Shown: positions 25,871-38,165 of the stretch, piece by piece
Layout of the letters: each line of letters begins with the position of its first letter
Numbering within the stretch: position 1 is the first letter of the stretch
Assembly: GCA_051294375.1 (NCBI GenBank)
Contig: CM119270.1
Span: 3,219,436-3,283,435 of the forward strand
Source of the DNA: Paraspadella gotoi
Lineage: Eukaryota; Animalia; Chaetognatha
Direction of reading: 5' to 3'
DNA length: 64,000 bases
Notes under the pieces: model-generated
Databases searched by the model: none
Seen by the model: only the letters and a program-made list of their open reading frames with translations
Told to the model about the DNA's origin: nothing
Program-made: the position numbers and the translations under genes

Positions 25871-27057
25871 GAGAGGACCAACCAACCTGAGCATCAGAGT
25901 GAATTTGAGTATGGATCCTGAGCATGAATTCACTGCAGCAGAGGATCCCTGTAAGTGAAGAGAATCTTCATATCGAAAGGCATCATCTTTTTCTCTCTCA
26001 TCGCGTCGGCCAAAAGCCAAGGGAGTCCGACGGGCAACTTGATGGCGACGATATCGACGCCCGCTCGCCGGTAGAGGGCCTTGACGACGAAGAGGAGCAC
26101 GTGACGGAAGAGAAGCGCGTGGGAGGCGTCGGCGACAGTCATGGCGGCCAAATTGACGAAAGGCGAAGGTTCGCTGATCGCCTCGCAGCCGGGAATATCC
26201 TCGAAGTGCTGCAGCGTGAGGGTGCTGCCGCTGCGGGCGATGCAGCCGATGAGAACGACCTTCTTGGCGACATGGGCTTGGCCTTTGGAGGAGCGAAGGT
26301 GGACGATCTCTTCGGTGGCGATTCGGCGGAAGAGGTCGAGAGGAAGGACGCCGAATTCGACGGCCTGTTCCACGAGAGAGATGAAGGAAAAGGGACTCAC
26401 GCTCGAGCTGTAGACTTCGACGCCTTTTGAAATTTGGAATCGGAAGGTGAAAAGGTTGTGGTCAATCAATGCCTCATGTTCATCCCGGATATAAACATGA
26501 TACCTTCAGTGGTAATCGGTGGCTCATTGAGTCATCGATACATGACCATGAGGTACAGAGATCGATCGCCAATTGTACCGAGATCGATTCCCAATAGTAC
26601 CTACCCTGCGGGAGGCGTGAAGACGGGCATAAAAAACCCTCAAGCCTGGTTCCAAGCCCAGGACCCGGTCCATTGCTGACGAGGGGCCTTATCCGCAGGA
26701 TTCCCGACCCTCAGTCTTGCACTCACCCTTCCTCGTTCGGACGAAAACGGCGCCTTTTTCGGACAGATGCAGCAGGTGCACGTCGGGATCCTTCCACGCG
26801 AAATCCCGCGCGTCCTCGAATCTCGCGTGGGAGTGGATGACTTTCTCGAAGGCGTCGCCGGGTCCGAGGCGGAGATTGTGTCGCCACAGGATGCGGCGTA
26901 CTTCGATGGCGTCGGCTGCGGCGGAGGCTGCTGCGGCTGAGGCGGAGAAAGCTGTCGTCAATCGACGCCAACAGTTGAAGAGATGGAGTAGAGGAAGAAA
27001 GACGAGAAAGTGGAACCAGAATTGGAAAACGGTCGACCAAGAATGACCCGCGCCCAT
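24907..27057 (-). CDS. Sulfotransferase-fold (PAPS-binding) protein, 4 exons: 27057-26727, 26423-25887, 25768-25557, 25296-24907; two in-frame TGA codons near the end of exon 2
   Basis: GT-AG introns with matching phases (1, 1, 0): AAGG|GTGAGT...TCAAAAG|GC; CAG|GTTGGT...CCCTCAG|GG; GAG|GTGGGC...TCCCAG|GCG. Motifs: 5'PSB-like VVLIGCIARSGSTL, AISEP, 3'PB-like LFTYRDP, later IRYEEL...P and AMQRDSQ. Hydrophobic N-terminal anchor (FQFWFHFLVFLPLLHLF). The 3' end of exon 2 is uncertain. Confidence 0.75.
26598..26699 (+). ncRNA. Truncated twister-ribozyme-like repeat inside intron 1 of the sulfotransferase gene (antisense to it)
   Basis: Shares TACCTACCCTGCGGGA and AAAACCCTCAAGCCTGGTTCCAAGCCCAGGACCCG with 59671-59758. 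P4 CCTGG/CCAGG with loop TTCCAAGC is intact; the P2 and P3 5' strands are deleted. Confidence 0.45.
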
Positions 27058-27269
27058 TTTGCGTATTGAGTCAAGGTCAAGGTCTGGTACAGGTAGCTAG
27101 CTTGCGGAGTTCGGAGAGTTTGGAAAAAAATTGAATGAGGAATCTAGAAAGAATTATCGTTTTTAGGTTTAAGTGGGTAAATAAATTTCTTATCTTATCT
27201 TAAGATTAATTTTAAAGCGAAGAGAGAGAGAGAGAGGAGAGATGAGAGAGAGATAGAGAGAGAGAAGAC

Positions 27270-27304
<35 letters not shown>

Positions 27305-27839
27305 AAAAGAGAGAGAGAGAGAGAGTCTGTAAGCCTTGTCTCGTAATAATTTTTCCACCTGGTATTTGATTCTAGCTGATAATATGAGAAAAAGTACGAG
27401 AAAAGTTTATAATTAAATCTAACGTAAAAATAAAAAGATAAAAACATGAGTAATTAAAACATAATTAAATAATTTCTTATAGTTACTTTTTAGATTAATT
27501 TCATATTAAATTAGTTTTGTTTCTTTGCCTCTCCGACATTTTGTTCTTTGGTTCAAATCACGTTTCCTTTGTTGACGTCGAATCTACTTTGTTCTTTTGT
27601 TCTTTTTTCTTCTTCTCCTCCTCCTCCTCCTCCTCCTTCTCCTCCTCCTCCATCCATCCATCGATAAATGGCATCAGATTTCCCCAGCGTCTTCCTTCAG
27701 ACGAATTCGATTCGCCTTCGATTCTCAAACTAGGTTTTTTTTCCGTCGTCGCTTTAAACTAATTTGCATAAAAACGTTTTTCCTTTTTAACTTGTTTGTA
27801 TTTCTAATGTTTATGACTGCATCATCTCCTAACTATTGT

Positions 27840-28255
27840 CTTGTCTTTTCTTTTCTTTTCTTCTCTTCTCTTATCCTTCCAACTCTTTTCTTATTTTCTC
27901 TTCTCTTTTCTTCTCCTCTTTTCTCTTCTCTTCTCTTTTCTTCTCTTCTCTTCTCTTATCCTTCCAACTCTTTTCTTATTTTCTCCTCTCTTTTCTTCTC
28001 CTCTTTTCTCTACTTTTCTCTTCTCTTATCTTCTCTTATCCTTACAACTCTTTTCTTATTTTCTCTTCTCTTTTCTTCTCCTCTTTTCTCTACTTTTCTC
28101 TTCTCTTCTCTTCTCTTCTCTTCTCTTATCCTTCCAACTCTTTTCTTATTTTCTTTTCTCTTTTCTTCTCCTCTTTTCTATTCTCTTTTCTTTTCTTTTC
28201 TTTTCTTTCTTTTCTTATTTTCTCTTCTCTTTTCTCTACTTTTCCCTTTTCTTCC
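27840..28255. repeat. Pyrimidine-rich complex minisatellite (CTTATCCTTCCAACTCTTTTCTTATTTTCTC units in (CTTCT)n)
   Basis: About 4 units visible; duplicate at about 36890-37330. Confidence 0.85.
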
Positions 28256-29053
28256 TTTATTCAAACAAAAACTACTCTTCTCCACCATACTCATATTTTC
28301 AACGTGTTTATTCTTTTTCAAAAAAATTAGTTTTTCAATCCCAAATATATTAAACAATAACTTTGAAGACATTTTCCGCGCCGCGTGATCTCCAACTTTC
28401 GAAAACATTCAAGACCGGATCTAACTCTTTTTTTTCGGCGCCGGAATCTTCTCCCTAACGACGCCGACCGACTTCCCCCAACGTCGCGCCCTCTACCCCC
28501 GAACGGCGTCAAACTCGGCGCAGCTCCTGCCCCGTCACGCCCCCTACCCCCGAACGGAGTCAAATTCCCGATGCGGCGTCGTCGCCATTCATCTCCGTCG
28601 ACGTCGGCGTCGTCGTCAGAACCTCATCAGAATTGCGTCGGCGCTTAATTGAATTACATCGCCTCGCGATCCGCCACGAGGGGGCGCGCGCGAGAGAGAG
28701 AAGGGGAAAGAGGAGCATTTAAAGGGGGCGCTCGTGAAGGGGAGGCGCTTGAGAGGGAGGGTAAGGGACTAAGGGGTAATGGAAATAAAAGCGAATTGGG
28801 TCAAATATTAGAAAAGGAAAAATAATTCTTGCGAATTTACGAACGGAAGTTGAAAGAGAAGAGGGAGAACAAAACAATCGGGCGACCTCAGCGAAAAGAA
28901 AAGTGAAAGGAGATTAGCGAAATAATAATTCGTTAGTTTAAAAGAAACAAGAAAGAAAAAAAAAAAAAAACCAACTAAAGACAAAACAAGAGAAAAAACA
29001 AGGCCATCTTCGTTCGACGCTCGACGGCAATTTTTTTGATTCTACGACAAAAC

Positions 29054-29085
<32 letters not shown>

Positions 29086-29963
29086 GGATTCATGAAAATT
29101 TTTGATGCTCCCGAAATTAATTTTTTTCCCTGGGGAATTTATTCTTCCCTTCTCACGTCGGGGAACCGTGACAGCGAAACGTGACAGCGAGATTGAAACG
29201 TAACAGCGGAATAGGGCGGTATAACGTTTCAGCGGACGTTAGCGGGAATCAGTTGCGACAAGTCTCGGCCTCGGGCGACGCGACGTCACTCTTTTTTCAT
29301 CCTTCGCCATTCACGCTTCTTTTTTTTTTTGTCACGGCGAAAAAAAAAGGGAAGAGAAGAGAAAGTCACGGCTTTATCGACCACTGTGTCGTAAAACGAA
29401 TAAATTAACGCTCGACGTTCTAACGAAATCGGTTAACTAAATAATAAANNNNNNNNNNNNNNNNNNNNNNNNNNNNNNNNNNNNNNNNNNNNNNNNNNNN
29501 NNNNNNNNNNNNNNNNNNNNNNNNNNNNNNNNNNNNNNNNNNNNNNNNNNNNNNNNNNNNNNNNNNNNNNNNNNNNNNNNNNNNNNNNNNNNNNNNNNNN
29601 NNNNNNNNNNNNNNNNNNNNNNNNNNNNNNNNNNNNNNNNNNNNNNNNNNNNNNNNNNNNNNNNNNNNNNNNNNNNNNNNNNNNNNNNNNNNNNNNNNNN
29701 NNNNNNNNNNNNNNNNNNNNNNNNNNNNNNNNNNNNNNNNNNNNNNNNNNNNNNNNNNNNNNNNNAGAGAATCGTGGAGAAAAAACATCGTCGGTCGTGT
29801 CGAGAAAGCGTTGCCTAGCGACGGCGCGTTGCCTAGCGACCGCGTCTTCCCTAGAAACGGCGCGTCTCGCGGCGACCGCGTTGCCAAGTAACCGCGTCGT
29901 CTAAGCGACCCTACGACGCCTGGCCACGCCCCCTTTTTTGTTTATTATGGTTTTGGCGAACAG

Positions 29964-30049
29964 GAATTCGGATTCACGAAGTCAATCGCAATTGGATCTG
30001 AGAAGAATGGCCAACATGGTCACCAACGTCGGGGGAAACGAAACGCTGG
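29964..30049 (+). CDS. Candidate internal exon NSDSRSQSQLDLRRMANMVTNVGGNETL(G)
   Basis: AACAG|G acceptor and CTGG|GTGAGT donor. 86 nt, phase 2 in and phase 1 out in the open frame, compatible with the 46959 exon. Duplicated at about 39042-39125. Confidence 0.45.
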
Positions 30050-30240
30050 GTGAGTTCAGCGATGGGTCAGTTCAGTTATGGGCCAGGGTTTTCGGGGTTT
30101 CAGTTTTTGTCCGGAGTGAGTTTATATGACAGCGTGAGTATGTCAGAGTACGACTGTGAGAGTTTGAGTATGTTAAAAGTATTTTTGTTTCGAAAGGTCG
30201 CCAGGTTTACTGGGAAGAGCGGTGTGTGAGAAGAGTAGAG

Positions 30241-30276
<36 letters not shown>

Positions 30277-30847
30277 AGAGAGAGAGAGGAGATGAGAAGA
30301 GAGAGAGAGATCCTTAAATATTAAAATATCCTACGAAAAAAAAAGCCAAACAAAATACAGAAAACCATCGTATTCTCTTTCAAAAAATCACTTTCAAGAA
30401 ATCTTCAAATATGTAAACATTTTATATTCGTTTCGCGAGAAATTTCAATTTTTATTCCTTTTCCAATGTTTTTGTTTTATCTTGTCAAAAATCGTTTCTC
30501 AACTTTTTTTTGTCTGTCATTTTTTTAAATTTATTTATTTTTTTTGGCCATTTTCTCAATTTTTGAAGTTTTTCGTTTTGAAAAACGACTCGATTATTTA
30601 CATTAAGTTACATTATTGACACAACCAATTTGACTAATAACCATTGCGTTAAATTTGAACGACCCCATGTTTTTTCTTTATGTTAACCTACTGTATTTAT
30701 TTTGTTAACTTATGATTATAAAAAAATTATTTGTTTTACTATTCAATATTTATAGATTTTATAACATACTACTTTCTACTACTTCGCCATCTTCTCTATT
30801 TTGCTTTCTCGTTTTAGTGCCTTGTTAACCATCTTCCTTCCTACGAC

Positions 30848-30930
30848 TCCGTTATTTTTACCATCTTCCCTCCTTCAACTCCGTTATTTTTACCATCTTC
30901 CCTCCTTCAACTCCGTTATTTTTACCATCT
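30848..30930 (+). repeat. 32-bp tandem repeat CTCCGTTATTTTTACCATCTTCCCTCCTTCAA, about 3 units
   Basis: Directly visible. Confidence 0.8.
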
Positions 30931-31553
30931 TCTTCATTTCAGTTCCATTATTTTTTCCAATCTTTTCCGCAACTTGACTGACGCGAAAAAAAAACCTTTT
31001 TCAACAAAGTTTTGTTTTCTGAAAAAAATAAGAAAAATCCCAATACGAAAACGGAAATTCGGACCACTAAAAAGAGAAAGNNNNNNNNNNNNNNNNNNNN
31101 NNNNNCACGACTCTCACTCTACACATTGTGCACAACGTGCATTGCACAATGCACATGGCGTATTCACTAGAAGATAACGGCGACAATGTCTACGATTGCT
31201 GTCAGCAATGGCATTGCCATTTGTATTGGCAAAAAGTTACTCGCCACTCGTTAGAATTGTATGTATTGTAATTTGTCAATTTATCATCGCGACTGAAGTA
31301 TAACGACCCTGTATTTATTTATGTATTTATTATCTTTTGCCATGTAACTTGTTCTTTTTATTTTCAGTTTTTTTCACGTGAAGACGCTAACATTTGGCGA
31401 AAGATCGATCGATTATAATCAAACTCACTCCTCACTTCTTACTCCTCACTCCTCACTCCTCTCTCCTGACTTTTCACTCCTCACTCCTCACTCTTCACTC
31501 CTCAACGCACGTCTTGTCAAATTAACTCCGTTTAGCAAAAATAAAATAAAAAA

Positions 31554-32152
31554 CAAGTTTGAGAAAACAATGTCGGATCTGCCAGATCATTATCGGTAAT
31601 TAATTAATTAATTTATAAATAATAATTAATTATTTAATTAATTAATAATTAATTAATTCAAGTTAATTATTTAATTAATTATGCAATTATGCAATTATTT
31701 GATCCAAATGTTTGTTTTGATTTGATTAATTAACTGATTAATTAATTATTGATTAATTAATTGACTAATTGATTAATTAACTATTAATTATTTGATTAAT
31801 TAATACATCTTGCATTACATTTAAAATAAAAAGAAAAAGAAGCATAATCAAATTAGTGAAACAGGTTTCTTTGTTTTTTCATTTAAACTCATTTACACTA
31901 AAATGATTCCATCGAAACTTGATTCCAGTTTAATCACACACTTTTCCACCGAAATACAAAATTTTCAATCAATCGCCCCATCCACTCATGAGTAATTGGT
32001 GTTCATAAATAGTGAAATATATTTTTTTGTTTTTTTCCATTTAAACTCATTTCCACTTGGAAGATTCCATCGAAACTTATATCCAGCTCAATCACACACT
32101 TCCTACCACACACAAAAATTCATTCCAATCCATCCATCCAATCACGAGTAAT
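31554..32152 (+). mobile_element. HINE/Helentron-like element, 3'-deleted copy of the 22384 insertion, two core units
   Basis: Same 5' end ACAAGTTTGAGAAAACAATGTCGGATCTGCC. Joins directly to flank TTTCTATCCATTTCG (equivalent to about 23267), losing the hairpin end; AATT microhomology at the junction. Confidence 0.7.
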
Positions 32153-33214
32153 TTCTATCCATTTCGATCCATCTTTTGACCATGAAGATCAAAGTTTTGG
32201 TTAAAATAAAAAAAGAATATTGTCCCTGTACTCCCATTTGGGATCTCTTTAACTAAATCCAATCTCCGTACCTGATATGACTCCCAAAGAAAATATATAA
32301 AATTTATAATCAAAAAGTATAACACGAATTAAGCTTTGAATCTCGACCATCTGCAATTATATTTTTTATCGTTAATACAAAAACGATGTTGCGACTATCT
32401 CTATGACGACGTCTACGACGATTAATGCGACCATCTGTGCAACGATCTGTACGACCATCTGGTGACATTTCAAGTTTTCATCCATCTGTGCGACGATTTA
32501 GCAACAATCAATCTTCCGTTCTCAGCGACGATATCTGCGACGATCTGTACGACGATCTCAGCGACGATAATTGCGGCGATCTGTATGACGATCTCAGCGA
32601 CGATAAATGCGACGATCTGTACGACGATCTCAACGACGATAAATGCGACGATCTGTACGACGATCTCAGCGACGATCGCCTTTTTCTGCTTTCGACGCAC
32701 AATTTCGGCGTATAAAAAAACGACGAAAAAACGAATCGAGAATTCGAAACGAGAAAGGACGAAAAACCACTGTGCAGTACAAAGACCACTTCAGCCACCT
32801 CTGTGTCGCAACTACTACAATGCTTTTTCTCTTTCTTTTTTTTTTGCATTATTGAAATGATTTCCTTTTTTCTCTCCTTTTATCTTTCCTCAAAAACAAC
32901 AACAAAACAAACTAACAACAACAACAAGAAACAAAAAACAACAACTTTAACGAACAAAAAAACAGCAAAGACAACAACAAAAACGACATCAAACCAAACA
33001 AACCAAACAACAACAACAACAACAGCACAGTAACTACAACAACAAACCAATTCAAATCCTCTCGTCTTTTTCGTCGGAAAGTGAAAAGTCTCTCCCAGCG
33101 TCTTCACGCTTCTCTTCTCGTTCACGCCCTCCCCCCCGCCCCCCCCCCCCGCTTCCCCCCTTTTCGCCTCGCTTTTCCCCGTGACCTTTGAACCCGTGAC
33201 CCCGCGAGTATTTG

Positions 33215-33252
<38 letters not shown>

Positions 33253-33824
33253 TTCTTCTTTTTTTCTTCTTCTTCGTCGTCGTCTTAGTCGTCCTCTTCT
33301 CGTCGTCGTCCTTTCCTCTTCGTCGTTGTCGTCGTCTTACTACGTCTTCTTCTTCTCGTCGTCGTTGACTTAAAAAACCCGGAATCTCTTTTTCTTCGAG
33401 AAAAAAAAAGGAAGAGAAAAAAATTATTTTCTTTTCCTTGAGACTGAGTTGTGTCTCGTCTAAGAGTTTTGGTTTCGGACATCAATTCCTTCTTTTTTAC
33501 CTTTTTTATTCCTTCCATTTTATTTCTCAACTAAATCTTCCTGTTAATCTTTATTTGTTATCCTTTTTGCTTATTATTGTTTATTATTTCTTACAGTATT
33601 TTTTTTTGGCAGGATTTAAAAATATAACACGGTTTTTATCGACTATTGTTTCAAACAAAATTTTATTTCGCTATTAAAATTCATTTTTTTAATATTATTT
33701 TTTTTCAAATATGCATTTTCGTAAACATAGTCATAGGGACGACGAGCTCGAAAAGATGAGTTTGATTATCATAAAGAAAACTTTCATCGATACAATCGAG
33801 TATTGCTTTAAACCTCCAAATTCT

Positions 33825-34717
33825 TCAATCGACGGGCCCTTCGAAAGTCCGAATCCTCCAGCGAACCACGGCCGACCTTCACGATTTCGTCGAGCCTATC
33901 TACGTCACGCACGACAACTTCGTCTCGAGTGAGACGACATCCGTTCTTTGCTGTATTCGCTCTGTCGTTGAGAGTCTCTCTGCTATCGGCCGACGCAGCT
34001 GCCGAAGCCTACGTCCTCCGACGACCGCAGGAGCCTCGATCTCGCAAACGGCAGCATTCTTCGTCGTCCAAATATGAGGCGTCGTCGTCAACTCTTCGTA
34101 ACGGATCGCGAGGAGATTTCCCTCGAATCTTTTTCGACTTTCTCAGCTCGAGCAGCGTCAACATTGACGTCAAATATAATGGGAAGAAGACGACGTAAAC
34201 GACACGGTTCCGACGGGCGCTGGGATGGAAAAGTTCGAAGATTGAATTCACTCAATTTATTATATAAATTTAAAATTGAATTACTTAACATATCCAAAAA
34301 TATTTTGAAAATCATGTATAATTATAATTTTAAATATTTAAAAAAAAAACAACAAAATTTGTACTATCTACAAATATATAGAAAAGGAGTGGCAATGAGT
34401 TTTTAAATAACATGATATAAAATGATATATAGAGAAAAAAATGGATGTAATTGTCGCGGACTCGCGACACGCCCACCCTCTCGTCGATCCGTTCGTCGAC
34501 GTCGCCAACGATTTGTCCATTGAAAGTCAATTCGCTCTCGTCCAACCGCGAAGCGACGCTGCCACTCCCTTCGTCCGCCACGAGGCGTCGCAAACCGGAA
34601 ATGGCGAGACGCTGTACGGAGACGCCCATTCGGAAACCCGCAAGAGTCGGGAAATAATCGCCGATGAGGGGAAGCTGCTTGGCGAATCCCTGAGGGGGGG
34701 CGTGGAGATTGATTGTA

Positions 34718-34783
<66 letters not shown>

Positions 34784-36030
34784 GATGAGAGAGAGAGAAG
34801 AGAGAGAGAGAGACCAACCAACCTGAGCATCAGAGTGAATTTGAGTATGGATCCTGAGCATGAATTAACTGCAGCAGAGGATCCCTGTAGTGAAGAGAAT
34901 CTTCATATCGAAAGGCATCATCTTTTTCTCTCTCATCGCGCTCGGCCAAGAAGCCAAGGGAGCCGACGGCAACTTGATGGCGACGATATCGACGCCCCGC
35001 TCGCCTGGTAGAGGGCTTGACGACGAAGAGGAGCACGTGACGGAAGAGAAGCGCGTGGGAGGCGTCGGCGACAGTCATGGCGGCCAAATTGACGAAAGGC
35101 GAAGGTTCGCTGATCGCCTCGCAGCCGGAATATCCTCGAAGTGCTGCAGCGTGAGGGTGCTTGCCGCTGCGGGCGAATGCAGCCGATGAGAACGACCTTC
35201 TTGGCGACATGGGCTTGGCCTTTGGAGGAGCGAAGGTGGACGATCTCTTCGGTGGCGATTCGCGGAAGAGGTGAGAGGAAGGACGCCGAATTCGACGGGC
35301 CTGTTCCACGAGAGAGATGAAGGAAAAGGGACCACGCTCGAGCTGTAGACTTCGACGCCTTTTGAAATTTGGAATCGGAAGGTGAAAAGATTGTAGTGAA
35401 TCAATTGCGGCATGTTCACCCGGATATAAACATGATAACTTCAGTTGTAATCGGTGGCTCATTGAGTCATCGATACATGACCATGAGGTACGGGGAATTG
35501 ATCCCCAATTGTACCAAGATCGATCCCCATTGGTACCGAGATAGATCCCAATTGTACGAGATCGATCCCCAATAGTACCTACCCAGCGGGAGGCGTGAAG
35601 ACGGGCATAAAAAACCCTCAAGCCTGGTTCCAAGCCCAGGACCCGGTCCATTGCTGACGAGGGCCTTATCCGCAGGATTCCCGACCCTCAGTCTTGCACT
35701 CACCCTTCCTCGTTCGGACGAAAACGGCGCCTTTTTCGGACAGATGCAGCAGGTGCACTCGGGATCCTTCCCACGCGAAATCCGCGCGTCCTCGAATCTC
35801 GCGTGGAGTGGATGACTTTCTCGAAGGCGTCGCCGGGTCCGCAGGCGGAGATTGTGTCGCCACAGGATGCGGCGTACTTCGATGGCTCGGCTGCGCGGAG
35901 GCTGCTGCGGCTGGGGCGGAGAAGGCTGTCGTCAATCGACGCCACCAGTTGAAGAGATGGAGTAGAGAAGAAAGACGAGAAGTGGAACCAGAATTGGAAA
36001 CGGTCGACCAAGAATTGACTCCCGCGCCAT
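33825..36030 (-). pseudogene. Second, frameshift-ridden copy of the sulfotransferase-fold gene (likely sequencing-error or haplotype copy rather than a true pseudogene)
   Basis: Collinear with 24907-27057 and retains the same splice sites; many single-base indels. Confidence 0.65.
35576..35663 (+). ncRNA. Duplicate of the truncated twister-like intronic repeat
   Basis: AAAACCCTCAAGCCTGGTTCCAAGCCCAGGACCCGG is identical to the 26633-26668 copy. Confidence 0.4.
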
Positions 36031-38130
36031 TTTTGCGTATTGAATCAAGTTCCAAGGTCTGGTACAGGTAGCTAGCTTGCGGACGTTCGGAGAGTTTGGG
36101 AAAAAAAATTGAATGAGTGAATCTAGAAAGAATTATCGTTTTTTAGGTTTATAGTGGGTTAAATAACATTCTTATCTCTTATCTTAATATTAATTTTAAA
36201 GCGAAGAGAGAGAGAGAGAGGAGAGATGAGAGAGAGATAGAGAGAGAGAAGACGAGAGAGAGAGAGAAGAGAGAGAGAGAAAGAAGAAGATGAGAGAAGA
36301 GAGAGAGAGATGAGAGAGAAAAAGAGAGAGAGATTGATGAGAGAGGAGGAAAAAGAGAGAGAGAGAGAGTCTGTAAGCTTTGTCTCGTAAATAATTTTTC
36401 CACCTGGTATTTGATTCTAGCTGATAATATGAGAAAAAGTACGAGAAAAGTTTATAATTAAAATCTAACGTAAAAATAAAAAGATAAAAAACATGAGTAA
36501 TTAAACATAATTAAATAATTTCTTATAGTTACTTTTTTCAGATTAATTTCATATTAAATTAGTTTTGTTCTTTGCCTCTCCGACATTTTGTTCTTTGGGT
36601 TCAAATCACGTTTCCTTTGTTGACGTCGAATCTACTTTGTTCTTTTGTTCTTTTTCTTCTTCTCCTCTCCTCCTCCTCCTCCTCCTCCTTCTCCTCCTCC
36701 TCCATCCATCCATCGATAATGGCATCAGATTTCCCAGCGTCTTCCTTCAGACGAATTCGATTCGCCTTCGATTCTCAAACTCGGTTTTTTTTCCGTCGTC
36801 GCTTAAACTAATTTGCATAAAAACGTTTTTCCTTTTAACTTGTTTGTATTTCTAATGTTTATGACTGCATCATCTCCTAACTATTGTCTTGTCTTTTCTT
36901 TTCTTTTCTTTCCTTCTCTTCTCTTCTCTTATCCTTCCAACTCTTTTCTTATTTTCTCTTCTCTTTTCTTCTCCTCTTTTTTCTAACTTTCTCTTCTCTT
37001 CTCTTCTCTTCTCTTTCTTCTCTTTCCTTCTTCGTTATCCTTTCCAACTCTTTTCTTATTTCTCCTCTCTTTCTTCTCCTCTTTCTCTACTTTTTCTCTT
37101 TCTTATCTTCTCTTATCCTTACAACTTCTTTCTTATTTTCTCTTCTCTTTTCTTCTCCTTTTCTCTACTTTTCTGCTTCTCTTCTCTTCTCTTCTCTTCT
37201 CTTCTCTTATCCTTCCAACTCTTTTCTTATTTCTTTTCTCTTTTCTTCTCCTCTTTCTATTCTCTTTTCTTTTCTTTTCTTTTCTTTCTTTTCTTATTTT
37301 CTCTTTCTCTTTTCTCTACTTTTCCCTTCTTCCTTTATTCAACAAAACTACTCTTCTCCACCATACTCATATTTTCAACGTGTTTATTCTTTTTTCAAAA
37401 AAATTAGTTTTCAATGCAAATATATTAAACAATAACTTTGAAGACATTTTCCGCGCCGCGTGATCTCCAACTTTCGAAAACATTCAAGACCGGATCTAAC
37501 TCTTTTTTTTCGGCGCCGGAATCTCTCCCTAACGACGCCGACCGACTTCCCCAACGTCGCGCCCTCTACCCCGAACGGGCGTCAAACTCGGCGCAGCTCC
37601 TGCCCGTCACGCCCCTACCCCCGAACGGAGTCAAATTCCCGATGCGGCGTCGTCGCCATTCATCTCCGTCGAACGTCGGCGTCGTCGTCAGAACCTCATC
37701 AGAATTGCGTCGGCGCTTAATTGAATTACATGCCTCGCGATCCGCACGAGGGGCGCGCGCGAGAGAGAGAAGGGAAAGAGGAGCATTTAAAGGGGGCGCT
37801 CGTGAAGGGGAGGCGCTTTTCAGCTTGAGAGGGTCGGGCCAATAGAGGGAGGGTAAGGGACTAAGGGGTAATGGAAATAAAAGCGAATGGGTCAAATATT
37901 AGAAAAGGAAAAATAATTCTTGCGAATTTACGAACGGAAGTTGAAAGAGAAGAGGGAGAACAAAACAATCGGGCGACCTCAGCGAAAAGAAAAGTGAAAG
38001 GAGATTAGCGAAATAATAATCGTTAGTTTAAAAGAAAACAAGAAAGAAAAAAAAAAAACAACTAAAGACAAAACAAGAGAAAACAAGGCCATCTTCGTTC
38101 GACGCTCGACGCAATTTTTTGATTCTACGA

Positions 38131-38165
<35 letters not shown>

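Noticed and set aside
26677-26684. CTGACGAG hammerhead core motif
   Set aside because: No suitably placed GAAA or stems I-III, and the motif is absent from the 59.7-kb family copy.
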